Assembly (NCBI GenBank): GCA_963815255.1
Contig: CAWFGH010000009.1
Location: 132,541 to 196,540 of the forward strand
Origin: an uncultured delta proteobacterium
GTDB taxonomy: Bacteria > Desulfobacterota > Binatia > Binatales > Binataceae
Reading direction: 5' to 3'
Length of the DNA stretch: 64,000 nucleotides
Below, one piece after another: positions 1-10,342 of this stretch. The position numbers and the translations under genes were made by a program. Below the pieces are notes generated by a model. That model did no database searches, was not told the origin of the DNA, and saw only the letters and a list, made by a program, of their open reading frames with translations. Position 1 is the stretch's first letter; each line of letters begins with the position of its first letter.

Positions 1-2321
1 AGGCTTCCGCGTATCTGCCGTTGATCGACCTGCTCAAGAATTATTTCGAGATCACCACGGAGGATGACGAGCGCAAACGGCGCGAGAAGATCACCGGCAA
101 AGTGCTCGCGCTCGACCGCACTCTGGAAGACACGCTGGCTTACCTTTTCTCGCTGATGGGCGTAAGTGATGCTGGCGATCCTCTTGGCCAGATGGATTCG
201 CAGATCAGGCAGCGACGGACATTGGAGGCGGTAAAGCGGCTGCTGCTTCGCGAGAGTCTCAACCAGCCATTGATCGTGATCTTCGAGGACCTGCACTGGA
301 TCGATGCGGGTACGCAGGCCTTTCTGAATCTGCTGGCGGACGCGTTGGCCACCGCCCGCATCCTGCTGCTGGTCAACTACCGGCCCGAGTATCGCCACGA
401 GTGGGGCCACAAGACCTACTATACGCAGTTGCGGCTCGATCCGCTGGGCAAGGAAAGCGCCGGGGAGATGCTAACCACGCTGCTCGGCGACGGGACCGAG
501 CTTGGACCGCTCAAGCGCATGATTATCGAGCGCACTGAGGGCAATCCGTTCTTCATGGAGGAAACGGTGCAGGTTCTGCTCGACGAGGGCGCGCTGGTGC
601 GCAACGGAACGGTCAAGCTCACCAAGACGCTCGGCGAGTTGAGAATCCCACCAACGGTGCAGGGCATCCTGGCCTCGCGCATCGACCGTCTGCCGGCGGA
701 TGAGAAAGAGCTGCTGCAAACCCTGGCCGTGATGGGCAAGGAGTTCCGGCTCGCCCTGGTAAAGCGAGTCGCCGGCAAACAGGACGATGAGCTGCAGCGG
801 ATGCTGACGGACCTTCAGCTCGGCGAGTTCATCTACGAGCAGCCCGCGTTTCCCGATATCGAGTACACCTTCAAGCACGCGCTGACTCAGGAGGTGGCCT
901 ACAACTCGCTACTGGCCGAGCGCCGCAAGCTGCTGCACGAACGCGCCGGCCAGGCGCTGGAGGCGATGTTCGCCGAGCAGTTGGACGACCATCTGAGCGA
1001 GTTGGCGCATCATTACAGCCGCAGCAATAACGTGGCAAAGGCCGTCGATTACCTGCGCCGGGCGTCGGAGCAGGCGGTCGAGCGATCGGCATATTCCGAG
1101 GCAGCGGCCGACTTGAAGGCCGCCATCGCATTTGCCGGCCGCCTTCCCGAAGGACCGGACCGGCTGCGGGTCGAGCTTGCGCTGCATGCCACCGAGGGCG
1201 CGGTGGCCACGGTGTTGCACGGAATCGGTTCGCACGAACGCGAGCATGCCTTGACTCGGACCTGCGAGATCAGCGAGCGGCTGGGGGACACAGTGTCGCT
1301 GCTTCGTGGGTCGATCTTTCTCTCGCTTCTTTACATCGCGCGGGGCGATCCTATACGAGCCCGGGAAACATGCAGCCGGCATCTCGAGTTGGCCGAGCAG
1401 TCTGGTGTGGAGGAAATTCTTGCACCCGCACATTGGATTATTGGACTCAGCACGTTTTTCAGCGGCGACCTGAACGAGACACGCAGGCTGTCACGCGAAT
1501 GGTTGGGAGCGTTTCGAGGCCGCATCTCAAGGAGCGTTCCCGATCAATCTGCCGGCGGAAATTCTGGGACATACCGCCCAGGCTGTTCATCTTCTGGGTG
1601 GGATTTCAGAGGCGCTCAAGCTGGGGCAGGAATCGCTGGAACGCGCTCGCATGCTCAAACAGCCTTTCACTCTCGGCATGGTGCTGATTACCGTCGGCTG
1701 GTTATATCAGGTACGGCGTGAGCCGGAGACCGTGTGCGAAATTGCCGAAGCGGCGATGGCAATCGGCGAGGAGCACGGGTTCCCTGAATGGCTGGAGTGG
1801 GGACGGTGGCTTCACGGATGGGCACTAGCCGAGCTCGGCGACATCGAGCGGGGTGTGGCCGAGATGGAGGCTGGGATCGCCGGGTTTAGCCCTCATTGGC
1901 GGAGTGCCCAGACAGGCGTTTACGGCCGCGATGCTGGCGAAGGGTTACGAGAAGCTTGGGCGAATCGACCAGGCGATCGCGATCCTCGACGAGCAGCGAG
2001 TGCGAATCGAGCGCTCTGGTGAACGATTGGAGGAGGCCGAGCTTTATCGAGTGAAGGGCGAACTGCTCTACGCACGTGACGGCGCGAGCAGTAGCGAGGG
2101 CGAGTCGTGCTTGCGCAAAGCGATCGAAGTCGCACGGCGGCAGGAATCGCGATGGTGGGAGCTGCGCGCGACGACCAGCCTCGCGCGGTTGCTGCGCGAT
2201 AGCGGGCCGCCGCGACGAAGCACGCGCGATGCTCGCCGACATTTACGGCTGGTTCACCGAGGGCTTCGACACCTCCGACCTCAAGGACGCCAAGGCGCTG
2301 CTCGAGGAATTAAGCGAATAG
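1..2321 (+). CDS. ATPase + TPR protein of the adenylate/guanylate cyclase-AAA ATPase type (5' truncated; three apparent frameshifts near 1513, 1890 and 2205)
   Basis: Walker B-like [26 protein letters not shown] and [13 protein letters not shown], then TPR helices. The typical C-terminus ([12 protein letters not shown]...[20 protein letters not shown]) is spread over ORFs 21-1721, 1651-2022, 1853-2344 and 2076-2321. Any cyclase domain would lie upstream of the window. Confidence 0.75.
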
Positions 2322-2390
2322 CCCCATCTGTTTGGGAGCGTTGAAAATCTTTGCCGTGGCGAAATAGCGCCGCCGAAACAGGAAATCGTT

Positions 2391-3368
2391 ATGCCTTCGC
2401 CCAGAGTCGTCATGGCCGGAACCGGATTCGCCGCGGTACGTCAATTCCTGATCGAGGCGCTGCCCAATGCCCAGTTCGACCAGATCGAAGTGGCGACGCT
2501 GCGCGCGAAAGGTCACGCCGCGGACGTGATGCTGCCGGCGATGTCGCGTATCGACGGCGCGCTGATGGATCGGATCGAGGGCCTGCGCCTGATCCAGCAA
2601 TGGGGCGCGGGTCTCGAGGGCGTCGATATTACAGCGGCGACGCAGCGCAAAATTGCGGTCGCCAATGTGCCCACGCCGGGCACCGGGAATGCGGAGTCGG
2701 TCGCGGAGTGGTGCGTGATGGCGGCGATCGCGCTTAGCCGGCGGCTCCCGCTCGCGCAGGAAACTATCCGCACCGGAGGAACCTGGGGCACGCCGCTTGG
2801 GCGGGCGCTGATAGGCCGCACGGCGGGAATCGTCGGCCTGGGCGGTATCGGGCAGGCGCTGGCGGCGCGGCTGCGTCCGTTCGGGATGCGACTGATTGGC
2901 TTGCAGCGCCGACCCGAGCCCGCGCTCGCCGAGCGCCTTGGGATGGAGTGGGTGGATGGGCCGGAGCGGCTCGCAGAATTGCTGCGCCGCAGCGATTATC
3001 TATTTCTTTGCGTGCCGCTCACCGAGCAGACCCGCCACCTTATCGACGAGGCCGCGCTCGCGATGCTCCCGCCAAAGGCGTGCATCATCAACGCCGCGCG
3101 CGGCGGTCTGCTCAGCACTCAGGCGATGCTGCGCGCGCTCGCCGAGGGGCGTTTGATCGGCGCCGGACTGGATGTGTTCGAGCAGGAGCCGCTCGATCCC
3201 GCCTCGCCGTTGCTCGGCCGCGCTGACGTCATCGCCACCTCCCATGTCGCCGGCGTCACAGACGTCTCCTACCGCGGCATCGCGCGCGGAGTTGTCGCGA
3301 ACATCGTCCGTATCCTGGCGGGCCAGCCCCCGTTCAACTGCGTCAACTGGGATGCGCTCAGCCGCTAA
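2391..3368 (+). CDS. D-isomer-specific 2-hydroxyacid dehydrogenase
   Basis: GLGGIG Rossmann motif, INAARG, GLDVFEQEP, and TSHVAG with the catalytic His. Confidence 0.9.
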   Translation: MPSPRVVMAGTGFAAVRQFLIEALPNAQFDQIEVATLRAKGHAADVMLPAMSRIDGALMDRIEGLRLIQQWGAGLEGVDITAATQRKIAVANVPTPGTGNAESVAEWCVMAAIALSRRLPLAQETIRTGGTWGTPLGRALIGRTAGIVGLGGIGQALAARLRPFGMRLIGLQRRPEPALAERLGMEWVDGPERLAELLRRSDYLFLCVPLTEQTRHLIDEAALAMLPPKACIINAARGGLLSTQAMLRALAEGRLIGAGLDVFEQEPLDPASPLLGRADVIATSHVAGVTDVSYRGIARGVVANIVRILAGQPPFNCVNWDALSR

Positions 3369-3402
3369 CGGTCAGCGATTTCTTAACGATCAGCGATCTT
3401 CT

Positions 3403-3621
3403 TGTAGGGGCCGTTCGTGACAGGCCCTCCGCGCTCCTCTTGGGGTCTTCGTGAGCGAAGCGTGTCTGGTTCTTTTGTCATCCTGAGCGAGCGCTGCGCG
3501 AGTCGAAGGACCCCGATCCTTTTGGGCTAGCATCGCGAGAGTCTCGGTACCTAAGAATCCGGGGTCCCTCGACTCGCAGACTCGCTCGGGATGACAGGAA
3601 GAGGGCAGGCGCAGCCCTACT
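3403..3621. repeat. Composite palindromic element: GTAG-type REP pair flanking a TGTCATCC...GGATGACA inverted repeat
   Basis: TGTAGGGGCCGTTCGTGACAGGCCCTC at 3403-3429 and an inverted degenerate copy at 3601-3620. Inner arms 3476-3514 and 3561-3596 are near-complementary. Confidence 0.8.
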
Positions 3622-3699
3622 AGCGGCGGGGCGCGCCGTCGGTTACAAAATAAGTCCCGGGTGCGGACAGGCCGCGCCCGCAAGCTCGCACGGCGCACA

Positions 3700-4911
3700 A
3701 TGGATTTCCCCAGAATAAAGCGGCTCCCACCTTACGTCTTCAACGCGATTGGCGAACTCTGTCTGAAGGCCCGGCGCGAGGGCGAGGACATTATCGACTT
3801 CGGCATGGGCAATCCCGACGCCGCCACGCCCGCGCATATCGTGGCCAAGCTGGTCGAGGCCGCGACCAAGCCGCCGAACCATCGCTACTCCGTCTCTCGC
3901 GGCGTTTACAAGCTGCGCCTGGCGATCACGGATTGGTACCGCCGCCGCTACGGCGTCGAGCTTGATCCCGACTCTGAAGCGATCGTCACGATCGGTTCCA
4001 AGGAAGGGATCGCGCACCTCGCGCTGGCGATCCTCGACCAGGGCGACGTGGTGCTCGCGCCGACTCCGACCTATCCGATTCATCAGTACGGATGCATCAT
4101 CGCGGGCGCGCAGGTCCAGGGCGTGCCGATCAGCCGCGGCGAGGATTTTTTTGACGCGCTGATGGCGGCGGTCAACCGATGCTGGCCGCGGCCCAAGCTG
4201 ATGGTGATGAATTTCCCGCACAACCCGACCACCGCGACCGTCGACCTCGCCTTCATGAAGCGAGTGGTCGAGTTCGCGCGCGAGAATGAAATCCTCGTCG
4301 TCCATGATTTCGCCTACGCGGACCTGTGCTTCGACGGTTACCAGGCGCCCTCGATGATGCAGGTGGCGGGCGCGCGCGAGGTCGGAGTCGAGTTTTTCAC
4401 GCTCTCCAAGAGCTACAACATGCCGGGATGGCGCGTCGGCTTCGCGGTCGGCAATCGCGAGATGATCGCCGCGCTCGGCAGGCTCAAATCGTATTTCGAC
4501 TATGGGATGTTCGCGCCGGTGCAGGTCGCGGCGATCGCCGCGCTCAATGGGCCGCAGGAGTGCGTCGGCGAAATCGCCAATCTCTATCGCAGCCGGCGCG
4601 ACGTGTTGGTCGATGGGCTCAACCGCGCGGGATGGCCGGTCGAGAAGCCGCGCGCCACGATGTTCGTGTGGGCGCCGATCCCCCCGGCGTTCCGCGAGAT
4701 GGGCTCGCTTGAGTTTGCCAAGTTCCTGCTCGCCGAGGCCAAGGTCGCGGTGTCGCCCGGCGTCGGCTTCGGCGCCGACGGCGACGGCTTTGTGCGCTTC
4801 GCGCTTATCGAGAACGAGCATCGCACTCGCCAGGCGGTCCGCGGAATCCGTCATGCATTGCGCATGACGCCGGCCGGGATGCGTCCGCGCGTCGCGGCCG
4901 CCGGCTCCTAG
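3700..4911 (+). CDS. alaC: Class I/II PLP aminotransferase, AlaC/YfdZ-like
   Basis: [32 protein letters not shown] and [12 protein letters not shown] (PLP Lys). Lies directly upstream of hom. Confidence 0.75.
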   Translation: MDFPRIKRLPPYVFNAIGELCLKARREGEDIIDFGMGNPDAATPAHIVAKLVEAATKPPNHRYSVSRGVYKLRLAITDWYRRRYGVELDPDSEAIVTIGSKEGIAHLALAILDQGDVVLAPTPTYPIHQYGCIIAGAQVQGVPISRGEDFFDALMAAVNRCWPRPKLMVMNFPHNPTTATVDLAFMKRVVEFARENEILVVHDFAYADLCFDGYQAPSMMQVAGAREVGVEFFTLSKSYNMPGWRVGFAVGNREMIAALGRLKSYFDYGMFAPVQVAAIAALNGPQECVGEIANLYRSRRDVLVDGLNRAGWPVEKPRATMFVWAPIPPAFREMGSLEFAKFLLAEAKVAVSPGVGFGADGDGFVRFALIENEHRTRQAVRGIRHALRMTPAGMRPRVAAAGS

Positions 4912-4923
4912 AGCGCACCCCGA

Positions 4924-6252
4924 TTGGCGCGATTCACAGCACCGTTGAAACCGGTACGGGTAGCCTTGCTCGGATGCGGCACGGTGGGCGAGGGCGTGGT
5001 CAAGCTGATGCGGCGCAACGCCGCGCTGCACGAGCGCAAGCTCGGCGCTCCGCTCGAGCTGGCCGGCGTCGCCGACCGCAGCCTTAGACCCGTTCCCGCG
5101 CTGGGGCTGACCGCGAAACTCATCACGCGCGACGCTGCCGCGCTGGTCGTGCGCCCCGACGTCGATATCGTGGTCGAGTTGTTCGGCGGAATCGAGCCCG
5201 CGCGCTCGCTGATCCTCAAGGCGCTAGAGGCGGGCAAAGACGTCGTCACCGCCAACAAGGCGCTGCTGGCAGAACATGGCGAGCGGATTTTCGCGGCCGC
5301 GGCGAAGGCCGGGATGGCGATCGGTTTCGAGGCGAGCGTCGGCGGCGGCGTGCCGATCATCCGTACGCTGCGTGAGGCGCTGGCCGGCGATCGCCAGCGC
5401 GCGGTCTATGGAATCGTCAACGGGACGTGCAACTCGATCCTTACCATGATGACCGAGCAGGGCGCCGAGTTTTCCGAGGCGCTCGCCGACGCTCAGCGCA
5501 CGGGCCTCGCGGAGGCGAATCCCGCCCTCGATATCGAGGGCTACGACGCCGCGCACAAGCTCTGCCTGCTGGTTACGCTCGCCTTCGGAGCGCTGCTCAG
5601 GCCGCCGCAGGTTTATACCGAAGGCATCAGCCGTATCACGCAGGCCGATATCGCCTACGCGCGCGAGCTTGGATTTACTATCAAGCTGCTCGCGATCGCC
5701 AAGGAGGACGACGGCGTGATCGAGGCCCGCGTGCATCCCACCATGATCCCGACGCGCCATCTGTTGGCCGGCGTCGGCGGCGCGTTCAACGCCATCTATA
5801 TCCACGGCGAGGCGCTCGGCTCGACGATGTATTTCGGGCTGGGCGCCGGACAAATGCCGACGGCGACCGCCGTGATGGCGGACGTACTCGAGATTGCGCG
5901 GGCGCGGAGCGCGGGCGCCGGTGCTCGCGGGCATGCGTTGGGCTATCCGATGGCCTCGATGGCGCGCGCCCGTGTCAAGCCGATGGACGGCGTGCTATGC
6001 GAATACTACCTACGCTTCGAGGCGCGCGATAAGCCAGGCGTGCTGGGCGCGATCGCCTCGGTGCTCGGGCGCAACGGAATCTCGATCGCGTCGGTAATTC
6101 AGCAAGGGCGCGGCGTGGAGGGTACGGTGCCGGTGATCATGCGGACGCACGAGGCGCACGAGCGCAACCTCAAGCGCGCGCTGGCGCAGATCAAACGCCT
6201 CGATACGGTGAGCGGCACGCCAGCCTTCATCCGAATCGAGGAGCGGCTCTAA
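4924..6252 (+). CDS. hom: Homoserine dehydrogenase with C-terminal ACT domain
   Basis: GCGTVG, VVTANKA, FEASVGGGVP, GIVNGTCN and DKPGVLGAI (ACT). Confidence 0.95.
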   Translation: MARFTAPLKPVRVALLGCGTVGEGVVKLMRRNAALHERKLGAPLELAGVADRSLRPVPALGLTAKLITRDAAALVVRPDVDIVVELFGGIEPARSLILKALEAGKDVVTANKALLAEHGERIFAAAAKAGMAIGFEASVGGGVPIIRTLREALAGDRQRAVYGIVNGTCNSILTMMTEQGAEFSEALADAQRTGLAEANPALDIEGYDAAHKLCLLVTLAFGALLRPPQVYTEGISRITQADIAYARELGFTIKLLAIAKEDDGVIEARVHPTMIPTRHLLAGVGGAFNAIYIHGEALGSTMYFGLGAGQMPTATAVMADVLEIARARSAGAGARGHALGYPMASMARARVKPMDGVLCEYYLRFEARDKPGVLGAIASVLGRNGISIASVIQQGRGVEGTVPVIMRTHEAHERNLKRALAQIKRLDTVSGTPAFIRIEERL

Positions 6253-6256
6253 CGCG

Positions 6257-7361
6257 ATGGCGCGTGGGAAGCAAAACGATTCCGCGCCGGCCCGTCTGAC
6301 GCGATGGCCCGGGCTTATCGAGCATTACCGCCGCTTCCTGCCGGTCGACGCCGGCACGCCGGTGGTGACGCTCAACGAGGGCAACACGCCGCTTATCGAG
6401 AGCCTCGAGATCGCCTCGCGGCTGGGTCATGACATAAAGTGTTACTTGAAGTTTGAGGGCGCAAACCCGACCGGCTCGTTCAAGGACCGCGGGATGACCG
6501 TGGCGATGAGCAAGGCCCTGGGCGAGGGCGCACGAACCGCGATCTGCGCCTCGACCGGCAACACTGCCGCCTCAGCGGCCGCCTATGCGGGGCGGGCCGG
6601 GATGCGCGCGTTCGTGCTGATTCCCAGGAGCGCGGTGGCGCTGGGCAAGCTCTCGCAGAGCGTGATGCATGGTGCGGGGGTGATCGAGATAATCGGCAAC
6701 TTCGACATCTGCTTGAAGGTCGTGCGCGACGTTGCGGAGAGCGATCCGGTGGCAATCCGGCTTGGTCAACAGCGTCAACCCCGATCGTATCGCCGGCCAG
6801 AAGACCGCGGCGTTCGAGATTTGCGATCAGCTTGGCGACGCGCCGACGCATCAATTTTTGCCGGTCGGCAACGCCGGTAACATCACCGCGTACTGGGCTG
6901 GCTACAAGGAATATAAAAGCAACGAGCTTTCGTCGCGATTGCCAAAGATGATGGGCTACCAGGCGGCCGAGTCGGCGCCGATCGTGCTGGGCCATCCGAT
7001 CGACGATCCGCATACGGTGGCGACCGCGATCAAGATTGGCAATCCGGCGAGCTGGAAGAGCGCCGAGGCCGCGCGCGACGAGTCGGGCGGGATAATCGAC
7101 CTCGTAACCGACGCGGAGATTCTTGCCGCGTACCGGTTGATCGCGGCGCAGGGGATTTTCGCCGAGCCGGCCTCCGCGGCTTCGGTGGCCGGTGCGCTCA
7201 AGTACGCCGCTACTGGCGGGCTTCGGCCGGGATCGATCGTGGTATGCACGCTTACGGGCCACGGGCTCAAAGACCCCGACACGGCACTCAAGAATCTCAG
7301 CAACGCGATCGTGGTCGAGCCCGACGTCGGCAAGGTGCTGAAAATTCTGCAGGGCGGATGA
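6257..7361 (+). CDS. thrC: Threonine synthase (apparent frameshift near 6762)
   Basis: [16 protein letters not shown] and CASTGNT in the first frame. [24 protein letters not shown] and LTGHGLKDP in the second. Confidence 0.9.
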
Positions 7362-7389
7362 TGCGCGCTACGCCATCCTTGGTGAAAAA

Positions 7390-8595
7390 ATGAAGTACAT
7401 CATTATTCACGGCGATGGCATGGCCGATTGGCCGTGCGACGAACTCGGCGGCAAGACTCCGCTGGAGGCGGCCAACAAGCCCAACATGGATCTGCTCGCG
7501 ACCCGCGGCGAACTCGGCCTGGTCGCGACCATCCCGCCGGGCATGCCCTCGGGCAGCGACGTCGGCACCATGACGATGCTCGGTTATGACCCTGCGCGCT
7601 ATCACACCGGACGCGCGCCAATCGAGGCGGCGAGCCAGGGAATCGAGCTTGCGCCCGACGACGTCGTGTTTCGGATGAACCTGGTCTCGCTCAAGCCGGG
7701 CGCGGACGGCGCGCTCGTGATGGACGACTTCACGTCGGGCCATATCACGACCGAGGAAGCGGCCGCGATCGTCGCCGACTTGCGCTCGCAGCTTAGCGGC
7801 GACGGGATCGAATTCCATAACGGCGTCAGCTATCGCCATCTGATGGTCTGGCACGGCGGACCAATCGCGACTCATTTGACGCCCCCGCACGACATCACCG
7901 GCAAGCAGGCCGGACCGCATCTGCCAGAGGGCGAGGGCGCCGAGCGCCTGCGCGCGATCATGGATCGCGCGGCGGCGATTCTGCACGGGCATCCGGTCAA
8001 CCGCGCGCGGATATCGGCGGGCAAGCCGGCCGCGACTTCCGTATGGTTTTGGGGCCAGGGCAGGCGTCCTGCGGTGCCGACGCTGAAGGAGCGCTTCGGC
8101 ATCGAGGGCTCGGTCATCTCGGCGGTCGACCTGGTCAACGGACTGGGGAGGCTCGCGGGGTTGGAACGAATAACGGTTCCCGGCGCGACCGGCTTCCTCG
8201 ATACCGACTACGCGGCCAAGGCTCGGTACGGACTCAAGTCGCTCGAGCGCCGCGACTTCCTGCTGCTGCATATCGAGGCGCCCGACGAAGCGGGTCACAT
8301 GGGGCGCGCGGATCTGAAGCGCGAGGCGATCGAGCGTATCGACGAGCTGATCATCGGTCCGCTGTTGCGCGAGTTGCCGGCGCTCGGCGATTTTCGCATC
8401 CTGCTGATGCCCGACCACGCGACACCGTGCAAACTGAAAACGCACTCGAATGAACCGGTACCCTTTGCTATGCTCGGCGCGGCAAGTGGCACAGGCGCTG
8501 CCACGCGGCGCTATACGGAGGCCGACGCCGCCCGCACGGGCGTTGCGGTGATGGATGGTTACCGGCTGATCGAATCGCTGCTCAAGACGCGCTAG
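7390..8595 (+). CDS. apgM: ApgM-type cofactor-independent phosphoglycerate mutase family protein (proposed homoserine kinase subfamily)
   Basis: GDGMAD, GKTPLEAA, PSGSDV (phospho-Ser), HIEAPDEAGH, PDHATP and THSNEPVPF. Directly follows thrC. Confidence 0.85.
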   Translation: MKYIIIHGDGMADWPCDELGGKTPLEAANKPNMDLLATRGELGLVATIPPGMPSGSDVGTMTMLGYDPARYHTGRAPIEAASQGIELAPDDVVFRMNLVSLKPGADGALVMDDFTSGHITTEEAAAIVADLRSQLSGDGIEFHNGVSYRHLMVWHGGPIATHLTPPHDITGKQAGPHLPEGEGAERLRAIMDRAAAILHGHPVNRARISAGKPAATSVWFWGQGRRPAVPTLKERFGIEGSVISAVDLVNGLGRLAGLERITVPGATGFLDTDYAAKARYGLKSLERRDFLLLHIEAPDEAGHMGRADLKREAIERIDELIIGPLLRELPALGDFRILLMPDHATPCKLKTHSNEPVPFAMLGAASGTGAATRRYTEADAARTGVAVMDGYRLIESLLKTR

Positions 8596-8637
8596 CGCCT
8601 CGATGCAGAAGCTGGCTGATGGGAGGCCCGCCCGACG

Positions 8638-9591
8638 ATGGAGCGAAATCTCGCCTTGGAAGTTGTTCGCGCCACTGAAGCGGCGGCGTTGGCCGTGGCG
8701 CGCTTTATCGGCAGGGGCGATGAACGGGCCGCCGACCGCGCCGCTTGCGACGCGATGCGCAAGGCGCTCAACTCGATCGCTTTCGACGGCAAAATCGTAA
8801 TCGGCGAAGGCGAGCAGGGCTCGACCGACCAGCTATACAGCGGTGAAATCGTCGGCACCGGCGCGGGCCCGGAGGTCGACGTCGCCCTCGACGCGCTCGA
8901 AGGACCGCACATCGCGGCGTCGGGCAGTCCCAACGCGCTCTCGTGCATCGCACTGGCGGAGCGCGGGAAAGTGCTCATCTGTCCCGATACGTACATGGAC
9001 AAAATCGCCTGCGGTCCGCTCGGCCGCGGCGTGATCGATATCGACCGCTCACCCACCGACAATTTGAAGGCCCTGGCCGAGGCCAAGCAGGTTTACGTCG
9101 AAGACTTGCGCGTCGCGATCCTCGATCGCCCCCGCCACGAAAATTTGATTGCCGAGGTCCGCCGCGCCGGCGCGGGAATCAAGCTGCTTTCGGCCGGCGA
9201 CCTGGCCGCGGCGGTGGCCACCACGCGCCCGGAGAGCGAAATCGATTTGCTGATCGGCACCGGCGGTGCGCATCAAGGCGTGCTTGCGGGGGCGGCGATA
9301 CGTTCGGCGGGCGGCGAGATGCAGGCGCGTTTCGCGCCGCGCAATCAGCAGGAGGCCGAGGCGTGCCTGAGCTGCGGCATCCTGGACCTCAAGCGGCGCT
9401 TTCCGCTCGAAGAGCTGGCCGGCGACAACGTGATGTTCGCCGCGACGGGGGTGACGACCGGCGACTATCTCTTCGGAGTGCGGTTTTTCTCAGGCGGCGC
9501 GCGCACCAACAGTGTGATGATGCGCTCGAAAACCCGCACCGTGCGGTACATCGAGGCGTACCATCACTTCGACTTCAAGCCGGAGTACTAA
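8638..9591 (+). CDS. glpX: Class II fructose-1,6-bisphosphatase (GlpX) family protein with a degenerate active site
   Basis: VRATEAAA, IVIGEGE, YMDKIA, LDRPRH, FAATGVT and MRSKTRTVR. Several catalytic positions are substituted (see findings). Confidence 0.85.
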   Translation: MERNLALEVVRATEAAALAVARFIGRGDERAADRAACDAMRKALNSIAFDGKIVIGEGEQGSTDQLYSGEIVGTGAGPEVDVALDALEGPHIAASGSPNALSCIALAERGKVLICPDTYMDKIACGPLGRGVIDIDRSPTDNLKALAEAKQVYVEDLRVAILDRPRHENLIAEVRRAGAGIKLLSAGDLAAAVATTRPESEIDLLIGTGGAHQGVLAGAAIRSAGGEMQARFAPRNQQEAEACLSCGILDLKRRFPLEELAGDNVMFAATGVTTGDYLFGVRFFSGGARTNSVMMRSKTRTVRYIEAYHHFDFKPEY

Positions 9592-9637
9592 GCGGCCGCG
9601 TTTGATGGCGGCCCGCGCGGCGTTTTCGCGCTGAGCC

Positions 9638-10342
9638 CTATTTATCTTTACGCCAAACCATCAAAATCGATCTGCCTATTGCGTGGCCCAGGGCGCGATC
9701 CGCGAACTTGGATATCGGCACCATGAAGCGGTCCCAGAAGCGGATCTGAGTTTCACTCGGGATGGGCGAGCGCAGAAACAGTTTATTTCCCAGCGACGCC
9801 AAAAGTCCGACCGAGTCGAGATATATACATTTTGTCTCGTGCAAATCTCGGGGCGCGATCGAACGCAGAGAATTCTTTGTGTAGCGGCGATAATGGCCAA
9901 TAGCTTTATCGAATGGTGTGAATAGCCACGGAAGTGCCGGAGACAGTATCGCCAGAACGCCGTCAGGCTTCAAATGCCCCGCTGCGCGGGCGAGTTCGGC
10001 GCCGTCGGCTTCGATATGTTCCAGGACATCCATATAGAGGATACCGTCGAATTGCTGATCGGGGCCCAGATCGGACAGTGTGCCTGCGACAATTTCGCAA
10101 TTGGTCAGTTTGGGCGGTAGCCCCGGCTTGATCCGTTCCGCCAGGGCGCGATCGGGCTCCAGGCAGACCCATCGCCGTTGCGTGCCGTCGTTGAAGGTCG
10201 CGGTAGCGGCGCCTATTCCCGCGCCAACCTCTAAAATGTCGCCTGACAAATACGGTTGGAGATGCGAACGCACATACGACTTCCACGTCGTCGCACAGGC
10301 AAATAGGTCCAGCTCGCTGCCCACATAAGCGAAATCAGCCAT
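9638..10342 (-). CDS. Class I SAM-dependent methyltransferase
   Basis: LEVGAGIG, DVLEHI and DKAIGHYRRYT, typical of glycosylation-cluster methyltransferases. Confidence 0.85.
   Translation of the reverse strand: MADFAYVGSELDLFACATTWKSYVRSHLQPYLSGDILEVGAGIGAATATFNDGTQRRWVCLEPDRALAERIKPGLPPKLTNCEIVAGTLSDLGPDQQFDGILYMDVLEHIEADGAELARAAGHLKPDGVLAILSPALPWLFTPFDKAIGHYRRYTKNSLRSIAPRDLHETKCIYLDSVGLLASLGNKLFLRSPIPSETQIRFWDRFMVPISKFADRALGHAIGRSILMVWRKDK

Noticed and set aside
3390-3698. 102-aa minus-strand ORF
   Set aside because: It is a translation of the palindromic repeats (CHPER..., AQDD), a common false ORF.
3643-5031. Long antisense ORFs, e.g. 3643-5031, 7297-8445, 22873-24204, 34429-35571, 59592-60704
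   Set aside because: They mirror well-supported genes; stop-poor antisense frames are expected from high-GC codon bias.
6257-7361. thrC, tyrS and dedA as pseudogenes or programmed frameshifts
   Set aside because: Single indels with all motifs intact, no slippery heptamers noticed, and tyrS is normally essential; sequencing error is more likely.
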